Source of the DNA: Anthoceros angustus
Lineage: Eukaryota; Plantae; Anthocerotophyta
DNA length: 64,000 nucleotides
Assembly: GCA_010909165.1 (NCBI GenBank)
Contig: VJWM01000222.1
Coordinates: 124,001-188,000 of the forward strand
Direction: 5' to 3'
Positions within the stretch are counted from its first letter, which is position 1; the number at the start of each line of letters is the position of its first letter. The notes below the pieces were generated by a model, which saw only the letters and a program-made list of their open reading frames with translations, ran no database searches and had not been told where the DNA came from. A program made the position numbers and the translations under genes. Positions 21,490 through 34,680 of this stretch are shown here, piece by piece.

Positions 21490-22598
21490 TGCTCTCAAAG
21501 ATATTTGTTCTTTGCAAGGGGACCTTGTGGGACTCATACTGGATCGCCAAACTTTGGCCCATTCGCAGCTTCCCGAATCACGGAGTGATGATAAGTGGGA
21601 GGAGGCAAGGAAGCGCAACCAGATCACTATGGGACATGGCGCCATAGCCGATCGCGGGACATGGCTGACACAGTTAAAATTGCCGGAGGATCGCTCATTT
21701 TGGGACATGGCTCCCACCGGACCGGGATCGTTCTGAGGCGGCGCCCCATAGTCCTCAAGCTGGATTGGTGGAGTTGCCCGGACAAGCTCATACTGGACAC
21801 CGTAGTCCCAAACTTTCACGCTCACGATACCGCCGAGGTTGCCAAGACCGGCCTGACATGGACATGGCCCCACACCGACAGCGGATCGCCCCACTGGGGA
21901 CATGGTAGTCCCAATAACCGGGATAGCCGACCGGGCCCAGGCGGGACGGGCGCCCCACATGGACCGGGACTGCCGCAGCCACCAGCCCAACGTCAAGACA
22001 CAAGAACTAAGGTACACATGCAAAGAATGTGAACTCGATGTATGCTTGCTTTTATATACTACGCTTGGTTAGGCATTTTCATTAACCAAGGACATGAAAA
22101 CATATCCTTTATTTTGATTGGCCCATAGTCCAAGGATTCATTTCTTTAAATACTAGTTATAGGAAATAGATCCGTTATGAACGGATAACTAGGTAGGCTA
22201 GAAAAGCCACTTAGTTTAGGTGTGAAACCAAACCGACCCAAACCCAAACAAGGCACCGATCAACGTGGGAGGAGCACCACCAAGCGTGAGGGTTGCTTGC
22301 ATCATGGCGCAAACATCAGCTGGGAATCGAGCCGGGCGGAGCGTGGAGATGATGGCGAGCGGAATGAGGACCGTGGGGCAAGGAATGAGGGTAGTCTTCA
22401 AATCGCCTCGAGCCACTGTTAGGGAGGAAAGCACTTTGTGAACCCTTGCAACTGGAAATCCAAGATCGATTAGATCTGGTGTTTTTGCTCAGCCTTCCTA
22501 CAAGGCGGCTCGAAGTTCTCAACAAGAAACTCGGCTGGCCAAGAAATCTTCAAGAAATCTCGTGATTCTCGCCATTGCGGATCCTTTTAGGAGCAGTA
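21490..22598 (+). repeat. Family B 3' LTR (first ~1.1 kb, interrupted)
   Basis: Starts TGCTCTC after the purine run GGGGTAGGAGA. 21835-22580 is homologous to 41665-42565, which lies upstream of a family B gag. Confidence 0.7.
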
Positions 22599-22960
22599 TG
22601 CTCCCAAAGATATTTTGTTCTTTGCAAGGGGACCTTTGTATGACTCATACTGGACTGCAAACTTTGGCCCCATTCAAAGCAGAGCCCCGACACGGAGTGA
22701 CGATAAGTGGCTGGCAGGGTGGCAGCTGCAATTGGACTGCCCCAGATGGGACATGGTGGCCCCATAGCGATCGGGGACCCCATTGGGACAAGGCAGCCTC
22801 AAATGGGATCGCCGGACTGCCCCAGCTTTGGGACATGGCCCACATGGGATCGCCAGATCGTCCTATGGGACAAGGCACCCATAGTCCTCATTAAGATTGG
22901 TGGAGTTGCCCCGGACAAGCATACTGGGACACCGTAGTCCCAAACTTTTCACGCTCACGA
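22599..22960 (+). repeat. Second family B LTR start (~360 bp)
   Basis: TGCTCCCAAAGATATTTTGTTCTTTGCAAGGGGACC...CCCAAACTTTTCACGCTCACGA repeats 21490-21827. Confidence 0.75.
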
Positions 22961-23132
22961 CAAGAAGGGCATGGGTGTGGAAACCCATGACGCCTCCCGC
23001 CTCCTCCACATTGGGCCCTCCCACCGGTGGGTGTTGTCAAGTTGAACAGTGCACCGCCTTGTCCCCTCGTAGGCATAGGGAGCCGTGAAAGCTCACTAGG
23101 TGGAAGGGTCGCCGCCCGCCCCGCATGTTGGT
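22961..23132 (-). mobile_element. Inverted family B DNMT fragment (motif IX region)
   Basis: Minus strand gives LPP/TLVSF, LFNLTTPT and PNVEE..MGFHTHA; same junction as at 34681. Confidence 0.75.
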
Positions 23133-26100
23133 CCAAGAGAAGTGTGTCTTCACGCGCCATACGCCTTATCTATTCCGAGATGTCCGAGATGGGAGAATCA
23201 AATCGTGCATGATTCCCCGCTAAGTTCCATCATGTGTCCTCGATAACCAACCGCCACGGTAAACGCACGATCCTTCGTGGTTTGCATAGGCTAACTCCAC
23301 GTGCATCCTCGGACTAACCGGTCGATATGGTTTGCGTAGATCATCCGAATCGCATCACAATCACCGGATGGTTTCATCGTGATTTCATCGTGGTCCGGCC
23401 TCTCCGAGAGCATCCGCAATCTGAGGCCGAGCTCGCGAGGTACTTGATTTCGTCAAAGTCTCCGCCAAGTACTCGCCAGTGCCTAGCGTTGAGATTTGCC
23501 GCTGAAGAAGTGTTGAAGCGAATGGTGTGGTGAACTACAAACCTCTCCCGAGGAGGTAGTGGCGCCACACTTTCGTGGCATGGACGATCGCAAACATCTC
23601 CTTGTGTCAGGGTAATTTAATTGTGCCTCGAGTTTGTGAGACTCGAGGCTATCACCTCCCTCCGAGACAAAGATCGCACCAATGGCACCATCCGATGCAT
23701 CTAGCGGTAGGTTCCCTGGTCGGCACCGCGAGCACCGGCCTGCTCAAGGCTACCTTCGCCTGGGGCTCGGATCCGCCTGTCACCGGAACTCCGGCCGGTG
23801 GATCGCTTGAGGGCTTCACAAAGGAAGAGCAATTTGATCAAGCTCTTGATCTCATAGAAGCCCAGCCTAGGAAGCCCCTTAGTTGGGTGATGTCCTTGAG
23901 CGCCACTCACCCAGCTGCACTTGCGAGGATCCATGCGATGCCCTTGGCACTAACGATGTGTCCAAGATATCAACTCTTCTCGCATGAAGGTACACTCCTT
24001 GCCGCCAGCTTGATGCTTCAAGAAGAGTGAATACCTTCCCGACGAGTTCGATGGTCCGCAGAGTGGATCAAGATATCATCTAGGAAGACCTCGACCCCTT
24101 GCCTAGCAAAGGGTCAAGAATGTCTTGCATGAGACATTGGAAGGTCCGGGCATTTAGAGCAACGGCATCACTACAAACTCGTAGTGACCATGCCGTGTTC
24201 TAAATGCGGTCTTGGGCTCATCCTCCTTGAGTCGAATTTGGTGAAAACGACCGCAAGTCGATTTTGGTGAACCAAGTCACCCATGCAACCGGTCCAAAAT
24301 CTCATCGATGCGGGCATCCGTAGACATTCTCGATGGTGGCCCGATTCAATCGTAGTCGATGCAGAGTCTCCACCACCGTCGGTTTCGCCACCAACAACAC
24401 GGCGCTCCATAAGGTGAGGTGCTTGGCCTCACAAACCCCTTGTCCAGAATTCATCTACCGCTTTTGATCTCCTCATTTTCCATACCGACGCGGGTATGGT
24501 TGATTTCAGTGCCGATGCCTGTGCACTAGCTCGATGGATCGGGTCTGCCTTGGTGGTAGGGCGGTGGGATCCGCAAATAACCCATCAAATTCCGCCACAG
24601 AGCCTTAAACTCTTGGTAAGAGTTCCTCCGATTGCTTCGTGCTGCCCGCGATTTCGATGTTCGGTTTTGCCTTTGTGAGACTCGAGGCTATCACCTCCCT
24701 GCCGAGACAAAGATCGCACCAATGGCACCATCCGATGCATCCGTAGACATTCTCGATGGTGGCGATTCAATCCTCTCGTAGTCGATGCAGAGTCTCCACC
24801 ACCGTCGGTTTCGCCACCAACAACACGGCGCTCCATAAGGTGAGGTGCTTGGCCTCACAAACCCCTTGTCCAGAATTCATCTACCGCTTTTGATCTCCTC
24901 ATTTTCCATACCGACGCGGGTATGGTTGATTTCAGTGCCGATGCCTGTGCACTAGCTCGATGGATCGGGTCTGCCTTGGTGGTAGGGCGGTGGATCGCTT
25001 GAGGGCTTCGCCAAAGGAAGAGCAATTTGATCAAGCTCTTGATAAACCTCGCGATAGAAGCCCGCTAGCCCCAGGAAGCCCCTTAGTTGGGTGATGTCCT
25101 TGGGAGCGCCACCCACAGACCTTGCGAGGATCCATGCGATGCCCTTGGCACTAACGATGTGTCCAAGATACTCAACTTCTTCGCATGAAGGTACACTTGC
25201 TCCTCTTGGCCAGCAGCTTGATGCTTCAAGAAGAGTGAATACCTTCCCGACGAGTTCGATGTGGGTGGCTTGGTCCGCAGAGTGGATCAAGATATCATCT
25301 AGGAAGACCTCGACCCCTTGCCTAGCAAAGGTCAAGAATGTCTTGCGAGGATCCATGCGATGCCCTTGGCACTAATGATGTGTCCAAGATACTCAACTTC
25401 TTCGCATGAAGGTACACTTGCTCCTCTTGGCCAGCAGCTTGATGCTTCAAGAAGAGTGAATACCTTCCCGACGAGTTCGATGTGGGTGGCTTGGTCCGCA
25501 GAGTGGATCAAGATATCATCTAGGAAGACCTCGACCCCTTGCCTAGCAAAGGTCAAGAATGTCTTGCGAGGATCCATGCGATGCCCTTGGCACTAACGAT
25601 GTGTCCAAGATACTCAACTTCTCGCATGAAGGTACACTTGCTCCTCTTGGCCAGCAGCTTGATGCTTCAAGAAGAGTGAATACCTTCCCGACGAGTTCGA
25701 TGTGGGTGGCTTGGTCCGCAGAGTGGATCAAGATATCATCTAGGAAGACCTCGACCCCTTGCCTAGCAAAGGTCAAGAATGTCTTGCGAGGATCCATGCG
25801 ATGCCCTTGGCACTAACGATGTGTCCAAGATACTCAACTTCTCGCATGAAGGTACACTCCTCTTGGCCAGCAGCTTGATGCTTCAAGAAGAGTGAATACC
25901 TTCCCGACGAGTTCGATGTGGGTGGCTTGGTCCGCAGAGTGGATCAAGATATCATCTAGGAAGACCTCGACCCCTTGCCTAGCAAAGGTCAAGAATGTCT
26001 TGCGAGGATCCATGCGATGCCCTTGGCACTAACGATGTGTCCAAGATACTCAACTTCTCGCATGAAGGTACACTTGCTCCTCTTGGCCAGCAGCTTGATG

Positions 26101-26730
26101 CTTCAAGAAGAGTGAATACCTTCCCGACGAGTTCGATGTGGGTGGCTTGGTCCGCAGAGTGGATCAAGATATCATCTAGGAAGACCTCGACCCCTTGCCT
26201 AGCAAAGGTCAAGAATGTCTTGCGAGGATCCATGCGATGCCCTTGGCACTAATGATGTGTCCAAGATACTCAACTTCTCGCATGAAGGTACACTTGCTCC
26301 TCTTGGCCAGCAGCTTGATGCTTCAAGAAGAGTGAATACCTTCCCGACGAGTTCGATGTGGGTGGCTTGGTCCGCAGAGTGGATCAAGATATCATCTAGG
26401 AAGACCTCGACCCCTTGCCTAGCAAAGGTCAAGAATGTCTTGCATGAGACATTGGAAGGTCGCGGGCATTTAGAAGTCAACGGCATCACTACAAACCTCT
26501 GAGGAGGTAGTGGCGCCACACTTTCGTGGCATGGACGATCGCAAACATCTCCTTGTCGGTATGTGGTAATTTAATTGTGCCCCGGAGTTTGTGAGACTCG
26601 AGGCTATCACCTCCCTTGCCGAGACAAAGATCGCACCAATGGCACCATCCGATGCATCCGTAGACATTCTCGATGGTGGCGATTCAATCCTCTCGTAGTC
26701 GATGCAGAGTCTCCACCACCGGTTTCGCCA
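23133..26730 (-). mobile_element. pol: Mosaic of family A pol fragments
   Basis: Integrase, RNase H and RT pieces out of order, joined at 5-9-bp shared sequences; contains the 220-bp array. Confidence 0.85.
25121..26443 (-). repeat. Tandem array of a ~220-bp family A RT fragment, 6 units
   Basis: Units begin CTTGCGAGGATCC at 25121, 25342, 25563, 25783, 25999 and 26219; each encodes GVEVFLDDILIHS. Confidence 0.95.
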
Positions 26731-29294
26731 CCACACAATCACCAAGCATGTTTGAACAACTTTCAAGCTACTTGGCTGGACGAGGCGCTGGATTTGTATG
26801 AGGCACATCAAGTCGATTTGTCCTTCTACCATCTCCACGTGAATCGCTAAGGAGTGCAGCTTGCTTACAACGGCAAGTTGGCAACGGCCGGAGTGCCCAC
26901 CGTGCCAAGATTGCCGCTGAGCGCGCCACCGCCCAGCCCACCATCCGTGAGTCCGATTGTCACGAGGGTGGCAGCCACGGGGGTCCCGAGTTCATCCAAA
27001 CTCCCAAGTACCCAACCGTGGAGGAGTTCATGGCCATCCTCGAGAAGGCATTCACTTAAGACTCCTGAGAAAATAGCGAGCTAGCCAGTTCGCAAGAAGG
27101 GTGAGATCGTCCAGATGACCTTCGCAGCTCCGTGGCGAGGGCACGGATGTTGATCGACCAAGAGGCGAGAAGTTTCACGTTGGAGGGAGATCCATTGTTC
27201 CACTTTCAACTTGTCACCTCTTTGGTGGACAAGTATGGGGACAGACTGAACAGTCCATGAAGAAGCGGAGCGCAAGGAAATCGCCAGCGTATGCTTCTCG
27301 ACACTCCAAGGCCTTCACGCACTATCAAAGTATGTTTTCCAGCAAGGGAACACATCCGGAGGCGTGGGATCAGGGGTTTCAAGCCCATTCAGCCAGGCCA
27401 ATCAAGTCAGCAGCCGCAGCCACCTCCACAAGTGCAATCGTGGCAGCCCGGATCATTTGGCTCAAGGCAAGCTTCCGTGGAAGGTTTGCATTGTTCCCAT
27501 TGCAACAAGACTGGCCATTTGGTTACAGCATCCGAGCGCAAATATCGCAAGGACACCCACACCTTCACTGGACTCACAACAGCCACTGCGTCAAGGGCAA
27601 GGGCGATCACAATGAATGGGGCCAAGGGAGTGCGGCTAACGACAAGATTGCCGCATTGGAGGCAGCAGTGGCAGCACTTACCCGCCTAGGGAGCCCAGCT
27701 GGCAGCACCTCCACCTCCAAGCCCGCCGGACAGCCCATTTTGGCACCCTTGAGGAGGGAGAGGAGGATTATGGCCGCCACATGAGGCCTGTACTGTCCAT
27801 CGCCTTGTGGATTCCACGCCGATTAGTCCTACCCGCCACATGGTGTAGGACTTGAAGAAGGCACATTTGGATGTTGCGGGACGCCGATCCGGCAAGAGGG
27901 CGAGGGCTGCCATGCCTAGATCCTTGCCCTGCTCCGGGCGTGGCCATCCTGCCTGGATGGATCACTGGATGGAGCGCCGAGAGCAGCCTCCACATTCGAG
28001 TCATGGGCACTGCGCAAGATCTACCACCGGACACACCTTGATCATGCAAGGTGTTGGAGACTCCTTTGATCTCCCTGCAGCTGGGCTTGGCAACATAAGT
28101 CTCCGGCTATCCCATACTCGGATCCCGGAGAGTCCCAGCCGGACACCCAATCCCACATGCATGGGGCTGCTGGGGACACCTCAGCTGCACACCACAGCTC
28201 CATGTTCAACTGCCGAGGGCCTCAAGATTGGGATTCTCCACCCCATACCGGGATAGGAGTCTCAACAGACTCATCCCATACTGGAGGGAATCTCAGCCTT
28301 GGTCCTCAGCCCCACACTGGACGACAGCAGCCCCAATGCCAAGCACCTTCATGCCCATGCCAAGGACCGCGAGGAGAAACCCATCGGGACTCTGCCCCAT
28401 ACTCGCCCGGGATTGCCGGTGGATCCCACATGGGCAGCCTCACTGACGTTTCAGTTGAGCCCACCACCATCGACCATGTTACGATGGTGGAGTGGCAGGC
28501 CACCCACAGCCATGAGGAGGGCCAGCCACTTGAGGCGATGCGCGCCTGGCCCCAAGGGAGTACTCGGAGCACCTCGCATTCAGCCCACCAATCGCATGAA
28601 TGTGCGAGTGAGCAATGCCATGGTGACAATAGGGAAGGCCATGTCACGGTGAATGGCTATGCTCCCAAGCTTGTGTTTGGACACGGGGCATGCCCGTGAT
28701 CATTGGCAAGGCTCTCGCCCAGTTGAACTTGCAGGGAACGACCGCCATTCACCCCGAACATCGTGACAGCCTCGCGCCTGTGGAACCTGTGTGGAGAGAC
28801 CGCTCACCACGCCATCACGCTCAAGCCTGACAACCACGCCATGACATTGGCCATTCATTGCCTTGTCACGACAAATGCTAACTACACATGTCCTTCTCGG
28901 ATGGAGTTTTTGTTTCCACCGCATCGTGGACAATTGACAGAGCAAGCTCACCATCGCGATTGGCGAGTGGAGGCCGCAAGCGGCGACTTTCCCTTGAATC
29001 TGCATGGCGGATTGGACCGAGTCGCCACCGCCCCAGCTACTCCAGTCCTTATGGCGACCATTCAGGCTGCCCCGGTGCTCACACACAGCCATATTTGAGT
29101 GACATCGGAGCTTGGAGCTTGATGACTTGGATCAGGAGGCCGACCATTTGGTCACAACAGGTTTGGGAGACACTCCACCATCATTCAAGTGTCCGACCTG
29201 GTTCAGCAAGCTCTCCACGAGTGCAGCTGCAGCAATCAGCTGACAGCATCCTCCACATTGAGCAAGATGTCATCCTGGACCGCCACGGCTTCAG

Positions 29295-30140
29295 CATTAC
29301 CTGGAACGGTGGGCCGAGGCGGAGCTGAAGGCATTGCTGGAATGGCTTATGCGGATCAGGTCAGGCGGCACATGATCGTCAATCGCGCGGCTTCCCCAAC
29401 CGCTGTACCGCCCCGCCATTCCCTATCTCACCTTCTCTGCCCAAGACATCCAGCTAGCTCAGCCGCCACATCTGGGCCCCATCCACTTCGTGATTGCGGA
29501 TGGGAATGCCAAGGGATTTTCTCAAGCCGGCACAGGGGAGGATTACAAGATCCACGAACCGCCTTGTTTTGGGACCTTCACCGCATCTTGGTGGATGTTC
29601 AGCACTGGCCGCGCTTACTTGCCGGAGAACACCCCGCAATGGACACTCGGCCGGCAAGTTCGCTAAGACATGGCCATCATCCAGCAGCATGTGGGCACGC
29701 CCTTGCTCATGGATGCTGTCCAGTTGGCGGCTCATCGCCTGCGAAACTATTGGACCAACTGGCCCTCAACCTTTGCTAGAGTTGGTGGTCACCCGCACTA
29801 CTCGGGACCCCACTCTCAAGCTCTCCAATGTGTTGGACCTTGGCATCGCCACGGCCGTGATGTGCCGAGCTGCACCTTGCATCAAGACAACACGCCGGAC
29901 AGCCCAGACCCTTCCCACCCTAGTGAGCTTTCCGGCCCCTATGCCTGGACAAGGGCAGGTCTGCTATTCAACAGCAACACCCACCTGGGAGGAGCCCAAT
30001 GTGGAGGAGCGGGAGCGCCATGGGTTTCCACACCCATGCCACCGCTGCCCCTAAGTTACCGAGTGTCACCGCCGGCCGCCTTGGGCCGCTATGGATCTGT
30101 CACCCTCACTTGGCTCATCAGCATATGTCCGGCCTTTCAG
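29295..30140 (+). pseudogene. DNMT3-like C5 methyltransferase domain, copy 2
   Basis: Same as 17575-18420 (GWECQG, GLQDPRTALFWDL, AHRLRNYWTN, EEPNVEERER). Confidence 0.88.
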
Positions 30141-33041
30141 TTGGCATTCCCGCTGAGCTCCCACCCGCCCGAGGTCCTTTTCCCACATGCTGCCGACGCC
30201 CATTTGCCCTTCCCGGATACACCACCGTCATATTGGCTTGATGTGTGGGGAGCAGTGGCATGGCCATCCCAACAGATTCTCGCATCAAGCTCGTGGACAT
30301 GGGAAGTCAACTGGGACAGAGTATGGGATCGCCCCGAGTATGGGATGCCCGAGTAGGGACTTAATTCATACCAAGACCCAAGCCTCGCTTATGTGTCGAG
30401 ACTTTGGGTCATGGGGCCCCAACTCACAACAAGTGTAAAGCACGATACATGCCCTTTGCTCCAATACCGTGATCGCTTTTGCCTCCATGCGGGAATTGAA
30501 GCGAATGTGACCACCTTCCGCATCAATCTGACCAGCAAGGAGCCCATCTGTGAGGCGCAGGCTCAGCAAAACCGAGTGGGACATGGTGGATGCATGTCAA
30601 GAGTTGCTTGAAGCCGGGCTCATTCGCCCTCTAGCCCGACTATGCCGCCATGTGATGCCTCCCAAGAAGGACAAAGAACGGAATGTGGACAGAGAAGAGG
30701 ATGCGGAGACTACCGTCCTATCAACGCTGACAGCCTGTGATCGCACCCCATGCCAACGCCGGAGGAGATTTTCGACAACATTGGCAAGTCTACCTACTTC
30801 TCGATTTTGATTTAAGGCCAAGGCTTCAACCAGTGCTGCTGAAGAGGACATCAAGAAGACAGCCTTCCACGGCTCTCAGCTGTGGGAATGGCTGGTGATG
30901 CCCTTTGCTTCAAGAACGCCGTGACTTCCAGCCAGAATGGACATAGTACTTGCGGTGTTCAAGAACCTCATGTGCTACATTGATGATGTCCTGTCCACAT
31001 GAGGACTTTGAGTCTCATTTGGTGCACCGGAAGATCTGCTCAAGAGATTGGGCGCTGACATGTCACCCGCCAAGTGTGAATTTGGCATGGACACCGTGGC
31101 ATACCTTGGTCAGGGTTGTGCTCGGCGGCGTAATGCCTCATGCTGCCAAGGTACAGGCCATCTTGCAGGTGCGAGCCCACAAACCTCTCGCCTGCGAGCT
31201 TCCTCGCCTATGCAACTATTAATGAGTATACATTCGGACTTCACCGCCAAGCTGTCAATGACTTGTCGGAAGGATGTTGTTTGGGCCTGGACAGAAGACC
31301 CAGCAAGCTGACACGCTGAAACCGAGCTTGACTAAGCTCCGCATGGCTGACTTTCCAAGCCGCTTGTGGTACATACGGATGGAGCATCTTGGGCCTAGGG
31401 CTAGCCCAACAAGATGAAGATGGAAAGGAACGGGTGGTTGCGATGCTTCACGCAGCAACAATCGTGTTGAAGCCAACCATGAGCTACCAAGGGAGTGTCT
31501 AGTCACAGACAAGGGCTTTGTCATTTCAGGCCACACTGTATGGCAAGCCCTTCACGCTAGTCATCGACCATCAGCCCTCAAATGGCTGATGACCAACACC
31601 AAGTTGAGGGAAGCTTGCAAGGTGGGCCATGATCTTGCAGACTATGAATTTCAAGTGGTCAATCGAGTCACACACCAAAACGCTGGACACTCTCTCTAAT
31701 CCCAAGAGCTGCGAAGATGTTAGGCCGACAGACCAAGATGATGGAGATCCGCAGCATGTGGTGGCTGATGGTGGCTTTGACAAGCGGGTGATCGTCCCGA
31801 GTATGGGATGCCCAGCATTGAGCACATATGTCGGGGACAGAGGTCCAAGGACATCCGGGAAGACTCAAACTCTCCTATTTGTCCAAACATTTGATCAGCC
31901 ATTGAGCACGCTGAGCAAGAAAGAATTCGCCAGGCCCAAGTATCAATGGCGTGATGGGCATTTGCCGAGGAGGCTGACCAATGGGCTGGAACGATTGGTG
32001 CCACCACCGATAGGGAGCAGCTGATCCGCCGAGTGCACGACATGGGCCATTTTGGAGTCAAGCGACTTACGCTTGCTCCTCCCACATTTCCATTGGCAAG
32101 GGATGTACGCCCAAGTCAAACACAGTGGCCTGCAAGGATCGACATGTGGTGAAGACCTCCTTCACCATCCGTAACCCTCACTGCACCTTTGCCTATCATG
32201 GGACCGTTCTTTAGGTGGTCTTGTGACTTGTTGGGTGAACTACCCAAGACACCACGAGGGAACGTACATTCTCGTCATGATGGAGCACTTCTCCAAGTGG
32301 GTAGAGGTGGTGGCTCACGACAAGAGCTCCAAAAGCACCGCCGTGCCTTTCTTCAAATGTGCCGAGTCGCTTTGGGAGTCGAGTGCTTGACGGATCGTGG
32401 TCCGAATTCGAGGGAATTCCAAGACCGCTAGACGCAGCTACCATCGACCATCGCAGACCAGCCGAGACCATCCTCGGGATGGCCCAACGGATGGCTGTAC
32501 CATCAAGAAGGGTCTAAGGAAGCTCGCCTTCAAATGCCAAAGAGAGTGGACTTGGCTCTTCCTTACATCGCCATGGCTACCGTATGAGTCGGCATGCCTC
32601 CTGGCACATTTCAGTCCCTACTTGCTGCTTTGGGAGGGAACCCATGCCGCCTAGCTCAATTGCCAAGCAACTCTATGAGGTAGTGGATCCGATGATCCAA
32701 AGAATTTGGGCAACATTAGTCAGGTTGCCATTGAGCGGCAAGCCATGCCGATGGCCATGGCTAATTTGAGGATTGCCCAACATCGGGACACCCTTAGATA
32801 TGCCCACACTGCAGCCGCGCCTGCACCCAAGCTCAAGAAATTTCTGTGGGACTTTGTTTACTTGCAAGTGGAGACACCTTGACACCACCACCACGACATG
32901 TGCTTAGTTCGTGAGGTCAAGGAGAATGGTGTGCTAGTGCTACAAGGATGGACGTACCACCAAGGATCACATGAAAAATTGTGCGCCTTGCCATTTGCCC
33001 AACTCGATCCAACCATTGTCACCGTGATTGGGTACCTCCGC

Positions 33042-33160
33042 TGATTACCCATGCGCGACGGGAGGATGACGACTGATGTCAGGCGACCACCGCAACGGAT
33101 ACCACCTATTTTGCTTGGTACCGCCTCTCTCCGAGGTGCGTGGTACAATGTGTCGCCTCC
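33042..33160 (+). pseudogene. PHD finger, copy 2
   Basis: NGYHLFCLVPPLSEV. Confidence 0.85.
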
Positions 33161-34680
33161 GGCAGCCTCAAAGATTGGGCACACAAGCTTCAATGGCTGG
33201 GGTAGGAGATGCTCTCAAAGATATTTGTTCTTTGCAAGGGGACCTTGTGGGACTCATACTGGATCGCCAAACTTTGGCCCATTCGCAGCTTCCCGAATCA
33301 CGGAGTGATGATAAGTGGGAGGAGGCAAGGAAGCGCAACCAGATCACTATGGGACATGGCGCCATAGCCGATCGCGGGACATGGCTGACACAGTTAAAAT
33401 TGCCGGAGGATCGCTCATTTTGGGACATGGCTCCCACCGGACCGGGATCGTTCTGAGGCGGCGCCCCATAGTCCTCAAGCTGGATTGGTGGAGTTGCCCG
33501 GACAAGCTCATACTGGACACCGTAGTCCCAAACTTTCACGCTCACGATACCGCCGAGGTTGCCAAGACCGGCCTGACATGGACATGGCCCCACACCGACA
33601 GCGGATCGCCCCACTGGGGACATGGTAGTCCCAATAACCGGGATAGCCGACCGGGCCCAGGCGGGACGGGCGCCCCACATGGACCGGGACTGCCGCAGCC
33701 ACCAGCCCAACGTCAAGACACAAGAACTAAGGTACACATGCAAAGAATGTGAACTCGATGTATGCTTGCTTTTATATACTACGCTTGGTTAGGCATTTTC
33801 ATTAACCAAGGACATGAAAACATATCCTTTATTTTGATTGGCCCATAGTCCAAGGATTCATTTCTTTAAATACTAGTTATAGGAAATAGATCCGTTATGA
33901 ACGGATAACTAGGTAGGCTAGAAAAGCCACTTAGTTTAGGTGTGAAACCAAACCGACCCAAACCCAAACAAGGCACCGATCAACGTGGGAGGAGCACCAC
34001 CAAGCGTGAGGGTTGCTTGCATCATGGCGCAAACATCAGCTGGGAATCGAGCCGGGCGGAGCGTGGAGATGATGGCGAGCGGAATGAGGACCGTGGGGCA
34101 AGGAATGAGGGTAGTCTTCAAATCGCCTCGAGCCACTGTTAGGGAGGAAAGCACTTTGTGAACCCTTGCAACTGGAAATCCAAGATCGATTAGATCTGGT
34201 GTTTTTGCTCAGCCTTCCTACAAGGCGGCTCGAAGTTCTCAACAAGAAACTCGGCTGGCCAAGAAATCTTCAAGAAATCTCGTGATTCTCGCCATTGCGG
34301 ATCCTTTTAGGAGCAGTATGCTCCCAAAGATATTTTGTTCTTTGCAAGGGGACCTTTGTATGACTCATACTGGACTGCAAACTTTGGCCCCATTCAAAGC
34401 AGAGCCCCGACACGGAGTGACGATAAGTGGCTGGCAGGGTGGCAGCTGCAATTGGACTGCCCCAGATGGGACATGGTGGCCCCATAGCGATCGGGGACCC
34501 CATTGGGACAAGGCAGCCTCAAATGGGATCGCCGGACTGCCCCAGCTTTGGGACATGGCCCACATGGGATCGCCAGATCGTCCTATGGGACAAGGCACCC
34601 ATAGTCCTCATTAAGATTGGTGGAGTTGCCCCGGACAAGCATACTGGGACACCGTAGTCCCAAACTTTTCACGCTCACGA

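Larger units (their letters stand above)
15010..22598 (+). mobile_element. Family B Ty3/gypsy retrotransposon: gag-PR-DNMT-RT-RNaseH-INT-PHD-LTR (5'-truncated in gag)
   Basis: Collinear domain motifs listed in the features below; PPT-like purine run followed by a TG-initiated LTR. Confidence 0.92.
26730..34318 (+). mobile_element. Family B element, second copy (gag-PR-DNMT-RT-RH-INT-PHD-LTR)
   Basis: Same motifs as 15010-22598, shifted by 11720. Confidence 0.92.

Noticed and set aside
25121-26443. Array of small repeated genes (MDPRKTFLT... ORFs)
   Set aside because: The ORFs are by-products of a tandemly repeated RT fragment, with frames varying between units.
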